Assembly: GCA_013265495.1 (NCBI GenBank)
Contig: MU061045.1
Coordinates: 372,001-436,000, forward strand
DNA: 64,000 nucleotides
Source of the DNA: Vicugna vicugna
Taxonomy: Eukaryota
Reading direction: 5' to 3'
Shown piece by piece: positions 1-10,938 of this stretch. The notes below the pieces were generated by a model, which saw only the letters and a list, made by a program, of their open reading frames with translations, had not been told where the DNA came from and did not search any database. The position numbers and the translations under genes are program-made. Position 1 is the first letter of the stretch. Each line of letters opens with the position of its first letter.

Positions 1-474
1 CAGGGCCAGTCCCAAGAGATTGCACTGTGTCTGGCCCCATTTACGTAACGTTCTTGAAATGACAGAACCGGAGAAATGAGGACAGAGTGGTTGTGGGGGT
101 CACGGCCGGGAGAGGTGGGTGGGTATGAAAGGGCAGCTTGAGGGGTCCCCGTGTAGGAGCCACTGAGGTCACTGCCATGGGTGGGGATGCCAGCTGCGCA
201 GTGTTAAAACAGAGAGAGCTGAGTGCATAGAGTGTGGGGACAGGTCAGACCGGGCACTCAGAAAGAGGGCCGGGGTGTTGGCGCTGGGCTCCTCGGGCGG
301 TGCCAGGCAGAGGGTCTGTAAAACTAGAGGTCGAGGAGCTGGGTGGGCTGCACAAGCCCTTTCTGTGTCGTTTCCTATAACTGCATGTGAACCCACGGTT
401 GTCTCAGTTTAAGACAGAAAAGCCAGTAAGCTAAGTGTGGCCCGGTCTCACGTTGTCCCTTCATCTTGGAACAG

Positions 475-540
475 GTGGACTTTGATGCCCCACTGGGCTA
501 CAAAGAGCCCGAAAGACAAGTCCAGCATGAGGAATCCGCC
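475..540 (+). CDS. UFD1: UFD1 coding exon (VDFDAPLG...EESA)
   Basis: acag|GTG acceptor, GCC|gtgagt donor, 66 nt. Confidence 0.96.
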
Positions 541-3500
541 GTGAGTCCCCCAGCTCCACACAGCTCCCCTCGGTGGTGGTCTGGGCAGAATGTTCCAAGG
601 TGTCCTGACGGCCAGGGCATCCTGGCCGTCGGGGGGCCCTGCCGAGCAGCTCACCCTGCTCTTCTGTCCTGCAGGAAGGCGACGCTGACCCCAGTGGCTA
701 CGCCGGGGAGCTGGGCTTCCGCGTGAGTGCCTGCATCGTAGTACCCTGCACCTTCATGGTCACCAAAGTCCTTTCTGTCCACTTTATCTGGGTCCTCCCG
801 ACACCTTGGTCAGTCAGCCCTAACTATTTCTTTTCAAAAATTTCTCACTTAACAAAAAGGTGAACTAGTTCAGTAGACACACATGCACCCCTCCTTCAGA
901 GTCACCGAGTGAGGCTGCTTCAGCCTCTCTCTAAACGTATGGTCCTCCCCTTTGCGACATTGCTGGAACCTGCCCCTCCAGCACTGCTGCCCCCTGGGGA
1001 GCCCTGGGGGCAGGGCAGCAGAGGGATCGGGGCCCCCAGACCCTGGGGCGCTGGGCAGAGGCTCCCCTCAGCTCGAGGCAGTGGGACCCCTGCCCTTGTC
1101 CTCGCAGCAGCCTCTGCCCCAAGGAGACTGCAGTTGTCCCCTGTCCTCAGGGCTCCCCTCACATGCCCCCCCCGGTCCAGGCCTTCTCCGGCTCCGGGAA
1201 CAGACTGGATGGGAAGAAGAAGGGTGTGGAGCCCAGCCCCTCGCCCATCAAGCCCGGAGACATCAAGAGGTGGGTGTGCCCACCTGGCCTCTCCTGGATG
1301 AGGTGGTCCAGCCCCACCGGCCCCAGGGCATCTGGGCAGGCCTCTCTCCTACTTAAAACCTTTCTGGGTCCGGGTCATCACTGGGCCTGTTTTCCCATTT
1401 TGTGACCTCAAATGACTGATCCACTTCTCCTGAGTAGAAGTGGCTGTGTTCATGTTTTCTGGTCCAGACTCCCTGCTCTGGTGCCAGCGCGGTGGCGGCA
1501 GGCCGGAGACATCTCCCCTGTCGAGCATGTGAGAGCAGAAGCAGAGTGCTGGCTGTGGGTTGGCACCAGCCTCTTAGGGAACAAAGTGAGTTCTGTGAGT
1601 GTAGTCCTTGAAGGGTGACACGTGAAGCTGGAGAACACAGAAAATCAGGCCCCCACGCCTCCAGGGGCCCCCTGTCCCAGTGCCGTCTGTTCCTATTGGA
1701 GGGGCGCTGGGAGGCACCAGCGGGGTGGTCCAAGGCTAGGGGGAGTGGGTGCAGCCGCAGGTCGAGGAAGAGTGGCCCAGGATGCCCACCGTCTCTTCTG
1801 CCTCCTTTCTCTTCCTGTGACAGGAAATGATTTTAGTCCTTGTCTCCCTAAGCTAGCATGATTTCCACTCTCTTCTTTACAGAGGAATTCCCAATTATGA
1901 ATTTAAACTTGGTAAGATCACCTTCATCAGAAATTCACGACCACTGGTCAAAAAAGTTGAAGAGGTAAGTGTGTTTCGTGGACAATGAGAAGTTCTATTG
2001 ACTGTGGTGACTGGAGGAATTCTCTTCATTCTGAATTGAGTAGGGATGTTTCTGTCATATTTTTCTTCGTTCAGGGCCCTTCTTCTCCCCAGTGGTCTGA
2101 TCATCTCATTGAGGCTGTGGGTAGGGGTGGGCACACTGCAGCCCTGGTGTCCACTCACAGTGATCAGCGAGATTGCAGCTCACAGAGCCCTGGCCAGGTG
2201 CCGGGCCCATGCTGTCCCCTGGACAGTCTCAGTGGCCATGATTGTCCACGTTTTTACAGAAATGAACGTGAATGCGTGTGGCGGTCAGGGCCCCCAGGGT
2301 CCTGACCACTACCTGGCCACCCCGGTGCCAGCGCACTCCAGAAACGGCCTGCACCAAGGCCTGGGGGCACGGCCTCCTTCAGCCAGGGTCCCCTGGGGAA
2401 GCAGGGGGGGCCACAGATGTGTGCAGAGGTGTGGCCAGAGGGTAAGTTCCACCCTGGCATGGCCTGCCGCAGACTGCCCACCCGCCCAGCACCCCAGCCA
2501 TGCGCTGTTGCGAGAACACTCACAGACCCTCGCTCTCCTGGGTGCTTTTCTCAAAGGCTCGGTCCCTTGGGATCCCAGGAGTGAGCAGAGACGACTGTGC
2601 TGCCTGCACATTGCGGACACACAGCCCCTCTTGGCCTTAACATTCCTCAAGCTGATGCTGTGTTCCAGGCTCTGAGGAGCTGACGTGGTCCCGATGGGAC
2701 CCATCCAGGCCCATCCAGTCCTTTGCTCACCGCTGGCCAGGCTGCTCGGCCCCACGGGGGTGTCCTCTGGGCTTACTGGTCCCTAACTGTTGGAGGTACA
2801 GGGGGAGGAGAGGGTGAGGCCGTGTTGTCCATAAGTGGACCTTGGAGAAGAGATGTGTGATTTGAAGTGGGCTTGAAGGCGCATGCTCCCTCGGCCCCAT
2901 CCTGAAACCCCCTGGATGGGGCACAAATGACCAGGTGACAGACAGTGGGGAGGCACCTGGAAGAGCAGAAGGCCAGGGGGACCTGACTTGACAGGCCATG
3001 GGAGGCCGTGTGCAGAGCCGACTGTGTGCGGAGTTGGCCGTGGGGCTGAAGATGGAGCATCCGTGTGGCTCCTAGACCCGCAGCACCACCTTCCCCTGGG
3101 GAAGAGGGCCCACCTGTGGGACAGGCAGGCATCACAGAGGCCCCCTGGATGGCTGTCCACAGGGTGCTGAGCAGGCCTCACTGGAGGAGCGAGTGACCTT
3201 CACCTTGCTCCAGGTCCTTTCCTGGCTAGGCTCCTGCCACTGGCCACTGGGCTGGCTCATTATAGTTGGAAGTTGGAGGCGCCTCTGTGGACAGCGAGCC
3301 CAGGGAAGGTCCCAGCCTTCACCCCGGAGTGAAGAACAGTCAGAAAGTTCCTGGCGCCAGCATCCCAGTCACATGAGACCAGAGGGGCTGAAGCCACCAG
3401 GGAGATCAGGGCTCCAACTGAGGGGCCAGTGCCTGCAGATCAGGAGGCCCACCGAGTGTCTAGCACGGTGGATGAGGACAGCTCCAAACTGGGGCAAAGA

Positions 3501-5213
3501 TCCTCAGGCTTCCAGGAGGAAGAGGGGCCACCAGAGATCAAGCATGGCATCACCCTCGAAGGACAGGGAAAGCCAGGACATGGGAGAGCAGAGTCTCCAA
3601 GGCTCTGAAAGGAAGCATTTCCAAAAGTTCTGTGCCCAACTCTTATGGGCCGAATTGTGTCCCCCACATTCCCATGTTGACGCCCTAACCTCCAGCACCC
3701 CAGAGTGTGACTGTCTTTGAAGAGTCTATTAAAATAAGGCCACTGAGGTGGGCCCTGTCCCATCTGACTGGTGCCATTCTAAGCAGAGAATATGTGGACA
3801 TGCAGGAAAGGCCATGGAGGACTCAGCAAGAGGCGGTTACCTGCAGGCCAAGGAGAGGGGCCTTGGGAGATGCCACAGTGCTGGCACCTGGTCCTGGGAC
3901 TCCACGCCGCTGGACTGTGAGAAGATGGACTTCTGCTATTTGAATTCCGAGCCTGTGGTGTCTTGTTACTGCCACCCCAGCAATCTGACTCCCACCACCC
4001 TGCAGTGACACCAGAGGAGAGTGGGGTTCCCAGTTACATAGGAGCCAAGACAAGGTAGTAGTCCTCATGCTCCTGTTTTCAGGAGGCCACAAGGACACAC
4101 CCCACCCAAACAAAGGAATGAGGTAGAACCAAGAAAGCCTTAGACCCAGAATTTGGAGATCCTCATACAACATGCAGCCTGGGACAGTGGCCAGTCAAGG
4201 CGGCAGCCCAAAGGCCCCAGAAGACGTGCCTCCCTTGCCCAGATGACATCGGCGGCTGCGACTGAATGCGTGGAAGAGGGGCCGGGCACCATGTCCACAG
4301 TGGGCAGAAGAGGGCTTTATCAGAGCAGAAGGCTGTGTGGCTCAGCTGTGACTTGTCTTTATGTGGTAGAGACCACAGCGACCCCGTGCAGATCCTGCCA
4401 GAAACACCAGCCGCACTTGGTGGCGGGAATGGTGCCGGGGTGTGGGCTGGAGAGCTTGGAATCCCCTGCCAGAGACAATGCCTCTGCCTGACCAGTGACG
4501 TTGCTCCTGAGAAGATGCCTGCTGTCTCCCAGAGCTCATAAGACAAGCCGCCTTCCTGCCAGTGGCTAGTGAGGGCCAGTGAGTCAACATTTGTAAAAAG
4601 CCTTAAGAACACCTGCATCCTTTCCCCAAGGAATTCAACTTATAGGAAAAATCAGAGTTGTGTGTGGGGACATTAAGCTGCTCACCAGGGCAACTAAAAT
4701 ACTGCAGACCTGGAGGTCACCTCTGGCAGGAGAAGGACTGCCTCTCTGCAGCCTTCGGAGGGTCCTGGTGGGAAGTGCATTGCCCTGACACTTGAAAATA
4801 GTTTTAATAAGTGTATACAGAAAAGTGACTGGAAATGTTATTTTGGGGTGGTTTTTCTTTGGGGGGGGTGTTGTGTATTTTTTACATTGAAAATGTGATG
4901 CCCCTGCAGAAGGGTGTACGTTCGCCCTGGGAGTCAAGGCTGATGGACGCAGAGTTGTGAGTCCGTGGTTTGGTTTTCAGTTCAGTAGACCACAGTTTGT
5001 GTTTCTATTTAGACATTTCTTATGAAGAATGTGGGAGTGAGGAAAGTGGGTGGATGGCACGTGAGTCAACAGAAGAAAGTGTTTTTCATTAAACCTCCAA
5101 GGAGTTTCTGAAAACAATGGTTTTCTTTTCATGCCCAGGATGAAGCTGGAGGCAGGTTCGTTGCTTTCTCCGGAGAAGGACAGTCGTTGCGGAAAAAGGG
5201 AAGAAAGCCTTAA
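475..5213 (+). CDS. UFD1: UFD1 (ubiquitin recognition factor in ERAD 1, p97/VCP cofactor), 3' part: last five coding exons
   Basis: Exons 475-540, 675-722, 1181-1269, 1883-1964 and 5139-5213 splice in frame to VDFDAPLGYKEPERQVQHEESAEGDADPSGYAGELGFRAFSGSGNRLDGKKKGVEPSPSPIKPGDIKRGIPNYEFKLGKITFIRNSRPLVKKVEEDEAGGRFVAFSGEGQSLRKKGRKP*. This is the recognisable UFD1 C-terminus with FSGxG SHP-type p97-binding boxes. All introns are GT-AG. Confidence 0.98.
675..722 (+). CDS. UFD1: UFD1 coding exon (EGDADPSGYAGELGFR)
   Basis: gcag|GAA acceptor, CGC|gtgagt donor, 48 nt. Confidence 0.95.
1181..1269 (+). CDS. UFD1: UFD1 coding exon (AFSGSGNRLDG...GDIKR)
   Basis: ccag|GCC acceptor, AG|gtgggt donor, 89 nt. 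Confidence 0.96.
1883..1964 (+). CDS. UFD1: UFD1 coding exon (GIPNYEFKLG...KVEE)
   Basis: ttacag|A acceptor, GAG|gtaagt donor, 82 nt. Confidence 0.96.
3641..3991 (+). mobile_element. MLT1-family (ERVL-MaLR) solo LTR in the last UFD1 intron
   Basis: Starts TCTTATGGGCCGAATTGTGTCCCCCC and ends ...CTGTGGTGTCTTGTTACTGCCACCCCAGCAATCTGACT, resembling MLT1A/B LTR termini and body; subfamily not determined. Confidence 0.8.
5139..5213 (+). CDS. UFD1: UFD1 terminal coding exon (DEAGGRF...GRKP*)
   Basis: cccag|GAT acceptor, TAA at 5211-5213. Confidence 0.97.
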   Translation, partial: DEAGGRFVAFSGEGQSLRKKGRKP

Positions 5214-5237
5214 GTTGGGGCTGTTGGCTGATTAGAG

Positions 5238-5243
5238 AATAAA
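5238..5243 (+). terminator. UFD1: UFD1 proximal polyadenylation signal AATAAA
   Basis: AATAAA 24 nt after the stop; further AATAAA at 5840-5845 and 6043-6048. Confidence 0.65.
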
Positions 5244-7111
5244 ATAATTGCAGCATGATGGCTTTTAGTTACTGCCTTTGATGGGGATGCTCCGTCACTT
5301 TAGGTGTGTTTAGAGTGACCTAAGAATTACCGGGTTTGACCGGAACGTGGACCAGCAGGACTTGCAGCCAGTGTCTGATTTGGGGAGAGAAGCTGCCTCT
5401 GAGGTCCCACAGCCTCTTGCTTTCAGGCCCTCAGGACACGCCCACTGCTGAAGCAGTTTCCTAATTCCTGCCCAGAACCTGCGAAGGGAATTGAATTACT
5501 CTAACTTGTGGTGTTTTCTCTTTTTTCATATATCCTTTCTTTTCCCAGGTCATAGTTTAGCATTTGCCTTTGGCCTAGAAAAAAGTGGTTTAAACAGATA
5601 AGTGCTCCATAAGCAGTGGTTATCCCATTACTCTGGCTACAGTTTATTTGAGGAAGGGTGTTTCTGTTTTTATTTTACATGTTGATTTTTTTTCCCCTAA
5701 AAAGTCATTCCTCAGCAGGAGAACCTGACCTGAAAACATTTCCAATTTTTTTTCAATTTCATATAGAAATGACTGGCCCCTTAATCAATCTGTTCTTCTG
5801 TAAAACAACTTCATGGTGAAGCACAAATGTAACCATTAGAATAAATGAAAGCTAAAGCTCTCTTCTTTCCCCTTCCCTACCCCCCATTCCCAGTGTTAAT
5901 GTATCCAAAGTTCTGCTGGCCTGCCTTTATTTTTTAACTAGGGTTAATTTAGCCTCAGATTTTCACTTTCTATAATATGACATGTTAATTCAATTTCTAA
6001 TATCTCTTCTTTCTTGAAAATAATTATGATTCAAGAATTTCAAATAAAAACAGGCAGTGACTGAAACCTGAATTGCCTCCAAATGTCAGATAAAATGTCA
6101 ACAGGGATTGACACTTGGGCCACTGACCCAACCAGAGGAAGGCCTGCTTGCAGGAACCCTCATTGCATCTGCCCTTAGAAAGGGCTCTGGGGGGCTTCTC
6201 CCAGACAGTGTAGGGGGAAACAAGGCTCTTGACCCCTGGGGAGGGGGTGGTCGGGCCCAGCAGGGTTTCCTCTTGTTCGTGATAGTAGGCCAAGGGGTCT
6301 GTCCGTCTTTGGATAGGGCTCCCCTCACTCAGGAGAGGGCGTCCCCATGCAGGATGCGTCCCCAGGGTTCACCCACGAGTCCTCAGAGTGAGCATCAAAG
6401 GTCATCCTGATGGCCAGGGCTGAACCCCGTGGCCCACGCCCACACCACTGGCTGTGGGTGTGACTCTGGAAGGCATGAGCACGGCTGGGACCTACAGACC
6501 CTCCATTCAACGGGTCCTGGGGTCGCCGGCAGAGGTGGGAGCCCTCCTGGGTGGGCAAGCCGTCTCTGTCCGCGGGATCACGTGGGCTACCGTGTCGTTC
6601 TGTGCTCGAGTGTCACGTGGGACTCTGGCCCTGGGTTCTCTGCCCTGAGCGGCACCTGATGTGTCTACAGGGAAACCACTCCTTGTCGGTTCCTGGAGGC
6701 GCACTCCCTGCTTGGACCAGGAATGGCCCCGCTGCTGGGTCTGGTGACAATGGGGTTGCCTGGAGCAGAAGGCCTGGTAAGGCTGCTGCAAAGAACCTGC
6801 CTGAACCGCGTGGTTCCGTCAGAAACGGCCACTGGACGTGAACGTGTAGCGGAATGCCAGGTGGCCGGAGCGGACGGCTGCGGTCTACACAGCCACGCAG
6901 CGTGGTCTGCCTTTCGGACCCTGGGGCGCGCCCCGCCCACACCGCCCCGGCCCCGCCCTTCCTCGGCTGTTACTGGCTGCCAACCCGGACGTCCTATTCA
7001 CTGGCGCGTCTCGAGGAGGAGGGCGAGGATGTAGTGATGACATCTCAGAGTTCATTGGTTCCTCTACCCATCAATCACGAGGTGGCCGGCGGGTCGGGCA
7101 GCAGCTCAGAC

Positions 7112-7135
7112 ATGGCCGACGGCGGTGGCTGGCGG
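7112..7135 (+). CDS. C22orf39: C22orf39 coding exon 1 (MADGGGWR)
   Basis: GACATGG start context, CGG|gtgagc donor. Confidence 0.9.
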
Positions 7136-8199
7136 GTGAGCCCGGGGCCCACGGGACGGGCGATAACTCGGTCCAGGCTGAGCGAGGCTAGCGGGTGGTG
7201 ACCGGGTCCGGGCGAGCGGGGTGGGCGGGCTCCGGGTCGCCTGCTCACGCCTGGTCCCTGCAGCCGCCGCGCCCGTGCGAGGCCTACCGCGCGGAGTGGG
7301 AGCTCTGCTGCAGCGCCGGGCACTTCCTGCGCCACTACTACGTCCACGGAGAGCGGCCGGCCTGCGGGCAGTGGCGGCGGGACCTGGCCAGCTGCCGCGA
7401 GTGGGAGGAGCGCCGCAGCGCCGAGGCCCAGGTGAGGCCCAGGGGACTGGCCTGCAGGGGTTGGTTCTGCTGAGCCCGGGAAGCTGCCCGAGTAGCATCA
7501 CCCAGCCCCGGGCCCGACGCCGGGACAGAGACGGCCCACCGCTGAGGGCAGGGGGCGGCTGCAGAGGGGTCGGGGTGAGGGTAGTCCCGGCAGGCCTTAA
7601 AAAAGGAGTTAGGTTCAGGCCTTCACGTGTGTTGGGAAGCGTGCTTGCCTCCAGGGCGGGAGACCAGTCAGGAGATGGTTCTGGTCCATTCGTTTACTAG
7701 ATACCGCTTGGGAAGGATGCTCTTGGGGATACAGGAGTGATGAGAACACAGCCCTGTGCTCCTGGCTCCTTCATCCTAGTCCAGGGCACAGTGAGGCCTT
7801 GGAGCTGTTGGAGAGGGGAAGCAGTGAGGGGTTGTTTTCACGGGACGGGGCAGCAGGACTGGTATGTTTGAGAGAGAACGGTAAGTCCGTGATAAATGGA
7901 AAATCGGGAAGATGGTTTGCAGCCTATATGGGAAGAGATTAGTAATTTATGTGTGTGTGCGCGCGCGCGCTGACTCAGAGCGCTCCCTGCGCTGGCCAGG
8001 GGTGGGCGGGTGCCTGGAGGAGGGAGCTGTCCGGGGGCACATGGGGACAAAAGTGACCGGGTCTCCTTTGCAGCGGTCCCTCTGTGAGAGCGAGCGGGCA
8101 AGAGTCCGGGCCGCACAGAAGCATGGCCTGGTGTGGACCCCCAGGCAGAGCCCCCCTGCAGACTGGCACCTCCCTCTGCCTCAGGACAAGGACAGCTGA
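7112..8199 (+). CDS. C22orf39: C22orf39 ortholog (UPF0545/DUF3128 family), 105 aa, 3 coding exons
   Basis: Exons 7112-7135, 7264-7431 and 8074-8199 give MADGGGWRPPRPCEAYRAEWELCCSAGHFLRHYYVHGERPACGQWRRDLASCREWEERRSAEAQRSLCESERARVRAAQKHGLVWTPRQSPPADWHLPLPQDKDS*. Syntenic position between UFD1 and MRPL40. Confidence 0.95.
7264..7431 (+). CDS. C22orf39: C22orf39 coding exon 2
   Basis: ctgcag|CCG acceptor, CAG|gtgagg donor, 168 nt. Confidence 0.95.
7949..7970. repeat. Compound (GT)4(GC)6 alternating purine-pyrimidine tract
   Basis: ATGTGTGTGTGCGCGCGCGCGC read directly. Confidence 0.9.
8074..8199 (+). CDS. C22orf39: C22orf39 coding exon 3
   Basis: tttgcag|CGG acceptor, TGA at 8197-8199. Confidence 0.95.
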   Translation, partial: RSLCESERARVRAAQKHGLVWTPRQSPPADWHLPLPQDKDS

Positions 8200-8393
8200 C
8201 CAGCGCTCTGTATGTCTCACACCCCTACCGCTGTGATTGACCTCAACCATCCAGTGGGTCCCTGAGAGCCCCGCCTCTGGCCTTACCTGCTGCCGCACCT
8301 GAACCGGTGCACCCAGTGCACAACTTCCAGGCCACAGGCAGCACTGCCGATCCTGCGGGAGGTGGTCAGGCTGGCTGTGCTCCCCTGGGGATC

Positions 8394-9280
8394 GTCCCCC
8401 ACCCCAGGGGCTGCGTTCTGGGGGGCAGGAGGGGAGAGGATGGGCTACCAGGGCTCCACCTGGGCCCTCCTTGCTCTGGACCTCGTGGGTGAACTCTCCA
8501 GAGGTAGCCTTGACCCATGTGGACATGCGAGGAGCAAAATAAGGTGGCCAGGTAGCCTCGCCTGGCTCTGGTTCGGTGCCGGCCCCGCTGAGGCCCCTCC
8601 CTCAGCCCCTCAGCAGCACAGGTGGGCCCCCCAGGGCCTTTTGGAGATGCTCATGGCTCCAGGATGGGATGCACACCCTTGTGTGAATTGGGTTTGTGAA
8701 CTTTGGTCTTCAGCCCAGGACACATGGAATGTGGGTCTTCTTCCCTCCTCCTTTCCCTGGTCACTTTTAGAAAACGTGGAGTATATCAAAGGACATTTCA
8801 CTCGTTTGAGTCCAGGTAGAAGCTGAAAATTAAATCCAGGTTAACTGCTGAGATTGTTCGATGTGGTACCTGGCCTCATGCTCATGCAGGAAGAGAGTTC
8901 TGCGTGCTTGTGTTCCTGTTGGTGTTTGTGAAATAGATGCAGGTGAACTGACAGAGGTGCCTCTGTTACTGACAAGAGCCCCTCCCTCACGCCACAGCCC
9001 CAGCCCAGCCACAGGGTAATCTGTCACTTCAGAGGGGTGTGCATTAAAGAACAAATTGTCCTGTCATGTGGCTTCTCTACCAGGTGCCTTAGAGCCCTCT
9101 GACTGCTTATGTACCTGGGAGTAGTGGGGGCTGTGCACGTGGGGCCCTGGTCATCTGCCCTGTGTGTCCACCTGAGTGTGCGGAGGGGAGCCAGGGTCCC
9201 CCACCCCAGGGGCTGTGTGCCGGAGGGCAGGAGGGGAGAGGGTGGGCTGCCAGGGCTCCGCCTGGGCCCTACTTGCTCTG
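8394..9280 (+). repeat. 85-bp dispersed direct repeat, copies at 8394-8478 and 9196-9280
   Basis: Ungapped manual alignment gives 8 mismatches in 85 nt. Confidence 0.9.
9043..9048 (+). terminator. Candidate C22orf39 polyadenylation signal ATTAAA
   Basis: ATTAAA followed by a TGT-rich tract; another ATTAAA at 8829-8834. No AATAAA noticed before 10139. Confidence 0.45.
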
Positions 9281-10684
9281 AAGCCCCGGCAGGGACACAG
9301 GAGCCTCGCAGTCGCACATGTGCCTGGAATCGCAGCAGCTCCTCACTGCTTCCTGGCACAGGGCTGGGCAACAGGAGGTGCCGGAGCGGCAGCCAGGGCA
9401 ACAGTCTTGAGGGGCACCCCTCGCAGAGCCCCTGCCAGGCGAGGGCCGCGGGCTGCCAGCACCCAACGCCCCGTTAGAAGTCCTGTTCCTTCTTGGATAC
9501 CCAGTGGGTTCCACACCACTGATGACCGTCATTCTGGAGAATATTCCCACACCCTCCCCTGTCCACCCCTGGTGTCTGCACCCATGACAGGACCAGAGAG
9601 TTCAGCAGAGTTGAGGGAACAGATGTGAACATTCAAACATCAGCTGTGAGGAAAATGGACAGAGTGACAAGGAAGAGCAAATTCTTTCAGACTCTTGGGA
9701 CCAAGCCCGTGATAACGAGTGTTTTACGTTGTGACCTGGTGTGTCCTGTGACATACTGCACGTGTCACTGGAAAGGGTGTCCCAGCACTGCACTGGCCTG
9801 TGCCGTGGGGAGCCGGCAGCTTGGGTCTGCTGCACGTGCCACCCCTCAGAGCCACATTCAGGATCCACAGGGTCACACATGTGGTTCCATTACATAATAC
9901 CATGAAATGATACAGAGATGGGAAGGCTGTGGGGTCAAGGGTCAGGGCTGGGAGATGTCCTGAGGTGCCTGGACCTTGGGGTAGTTGTATGGGACCACAC
10001 TGGGATAAGACAGACGCGGGCCACCACGGCCAGGAGTCTGAACACACGGTGTATAAGATGTGATACTGGGGGAGCCACACGCCGACCGCCCTGTGTGGTA
10101 ATATCTAATCTCCTGTTGGAAACTTGTAATTACTCCTAAATAAAAGGTTAAAATGAAACAGCTGGCCATGACCCGCTGAGTTGATTGTACACCTAATGGA
10201 CAAAATCTGACTTTCCAAAGCACCTGTGATAGGCAGGGAGGTGGGGGAGGTGCAGCGTCGGCCCAGACCAGGAGGCAGTTGCAGCCCACCAAGGCAAAGA
10301 AAGGGCCACACAGGACACGAGGAACAAGTGCCCGTGCCCAGGGGGTGGGGGGCAGCGCCAAGCTGCAATTCTGGGGGTGGCAGGCCAGCTGGCCAGCTGG
10401 CCTGCGGCTGCAGAAGAGGCAAGGCTGCAGGACTCAGGATCCCAGGTGACTTCCTGATCCAGTAAAAGCGCTTGTCTGGTGCTTAAACCAAAGTGGACCC
10501 CACGCAGGGAGCAGGGACAGAGGCCTGTTTCCCTGGTTGGTTTGCACTCAGGTGGTAAAGGGGCCCTGATGCAGACATGGCTCCCTGCTGATCCCGGACC
10601 CTCCCCTTGAGGCTGCATCACATCCCTGCCTCCTTCCTAGATGCACTGGCCAAAACCCTCGCAGCTTGGGGGGACTCTACATGG

Positions 10685-10938
10685 AGTCGGGGTACTTAGA
10701 TGTCATTAGGTTAAAATGAGGCCTTTGAGGGGATAGGATCCAATCTGACTGGGGACCCTGCAAGAAGAGATGCAAGACACACACACACAGACGGATGAAC
10801 ACGCGGGGACACGGGGAGAGGCCTCAGGAGGAAACAGCCCTGCAAAAGCCTGGCTCTTGGATATCCAGCCTCCAGAGAAACGCTTTCCTGTTTAAGCCCG
10901 GAGTCCGCAGTGTTTTGTTCAGTAGGCCAGAGCTCACT
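10685..10938 (+). mobile_element. MLT1-family LTR fragment
   Basis: AGATGTCATTAGGTTAAAATGAGG...CCAATCTGACTGGGG...GAAACAGCCCTGC...TGTTTAAGCCC pattern typical of MLT1A, with an internal (CA)n. Confidence 0.75.

Larger units (their letters stand above)
6800..7560 (+). promoter_or_regulatory. CpG island / promoter of C22orf39
   Basis: CpG-dense stretch with clustered GC boxes (CCCCGCCC near 6931 and 6951) and an inverted CCAAT (ATTGG near 7054), covering exons 1-2. Confidence 0.8.

Noticed and set aside
5530-5806. U12-type 5' splice consensus ATATCCTTT (5530-5538) with CCTTAAT (5779-5785) and AC (5805-5806) in the UFD1 3' UTR
   Set aside because: A 9-mer match is expected by chance about once in a window this size, the branch point-to-AC distance (about 22 nt) is long, and there is no transcript evidence.
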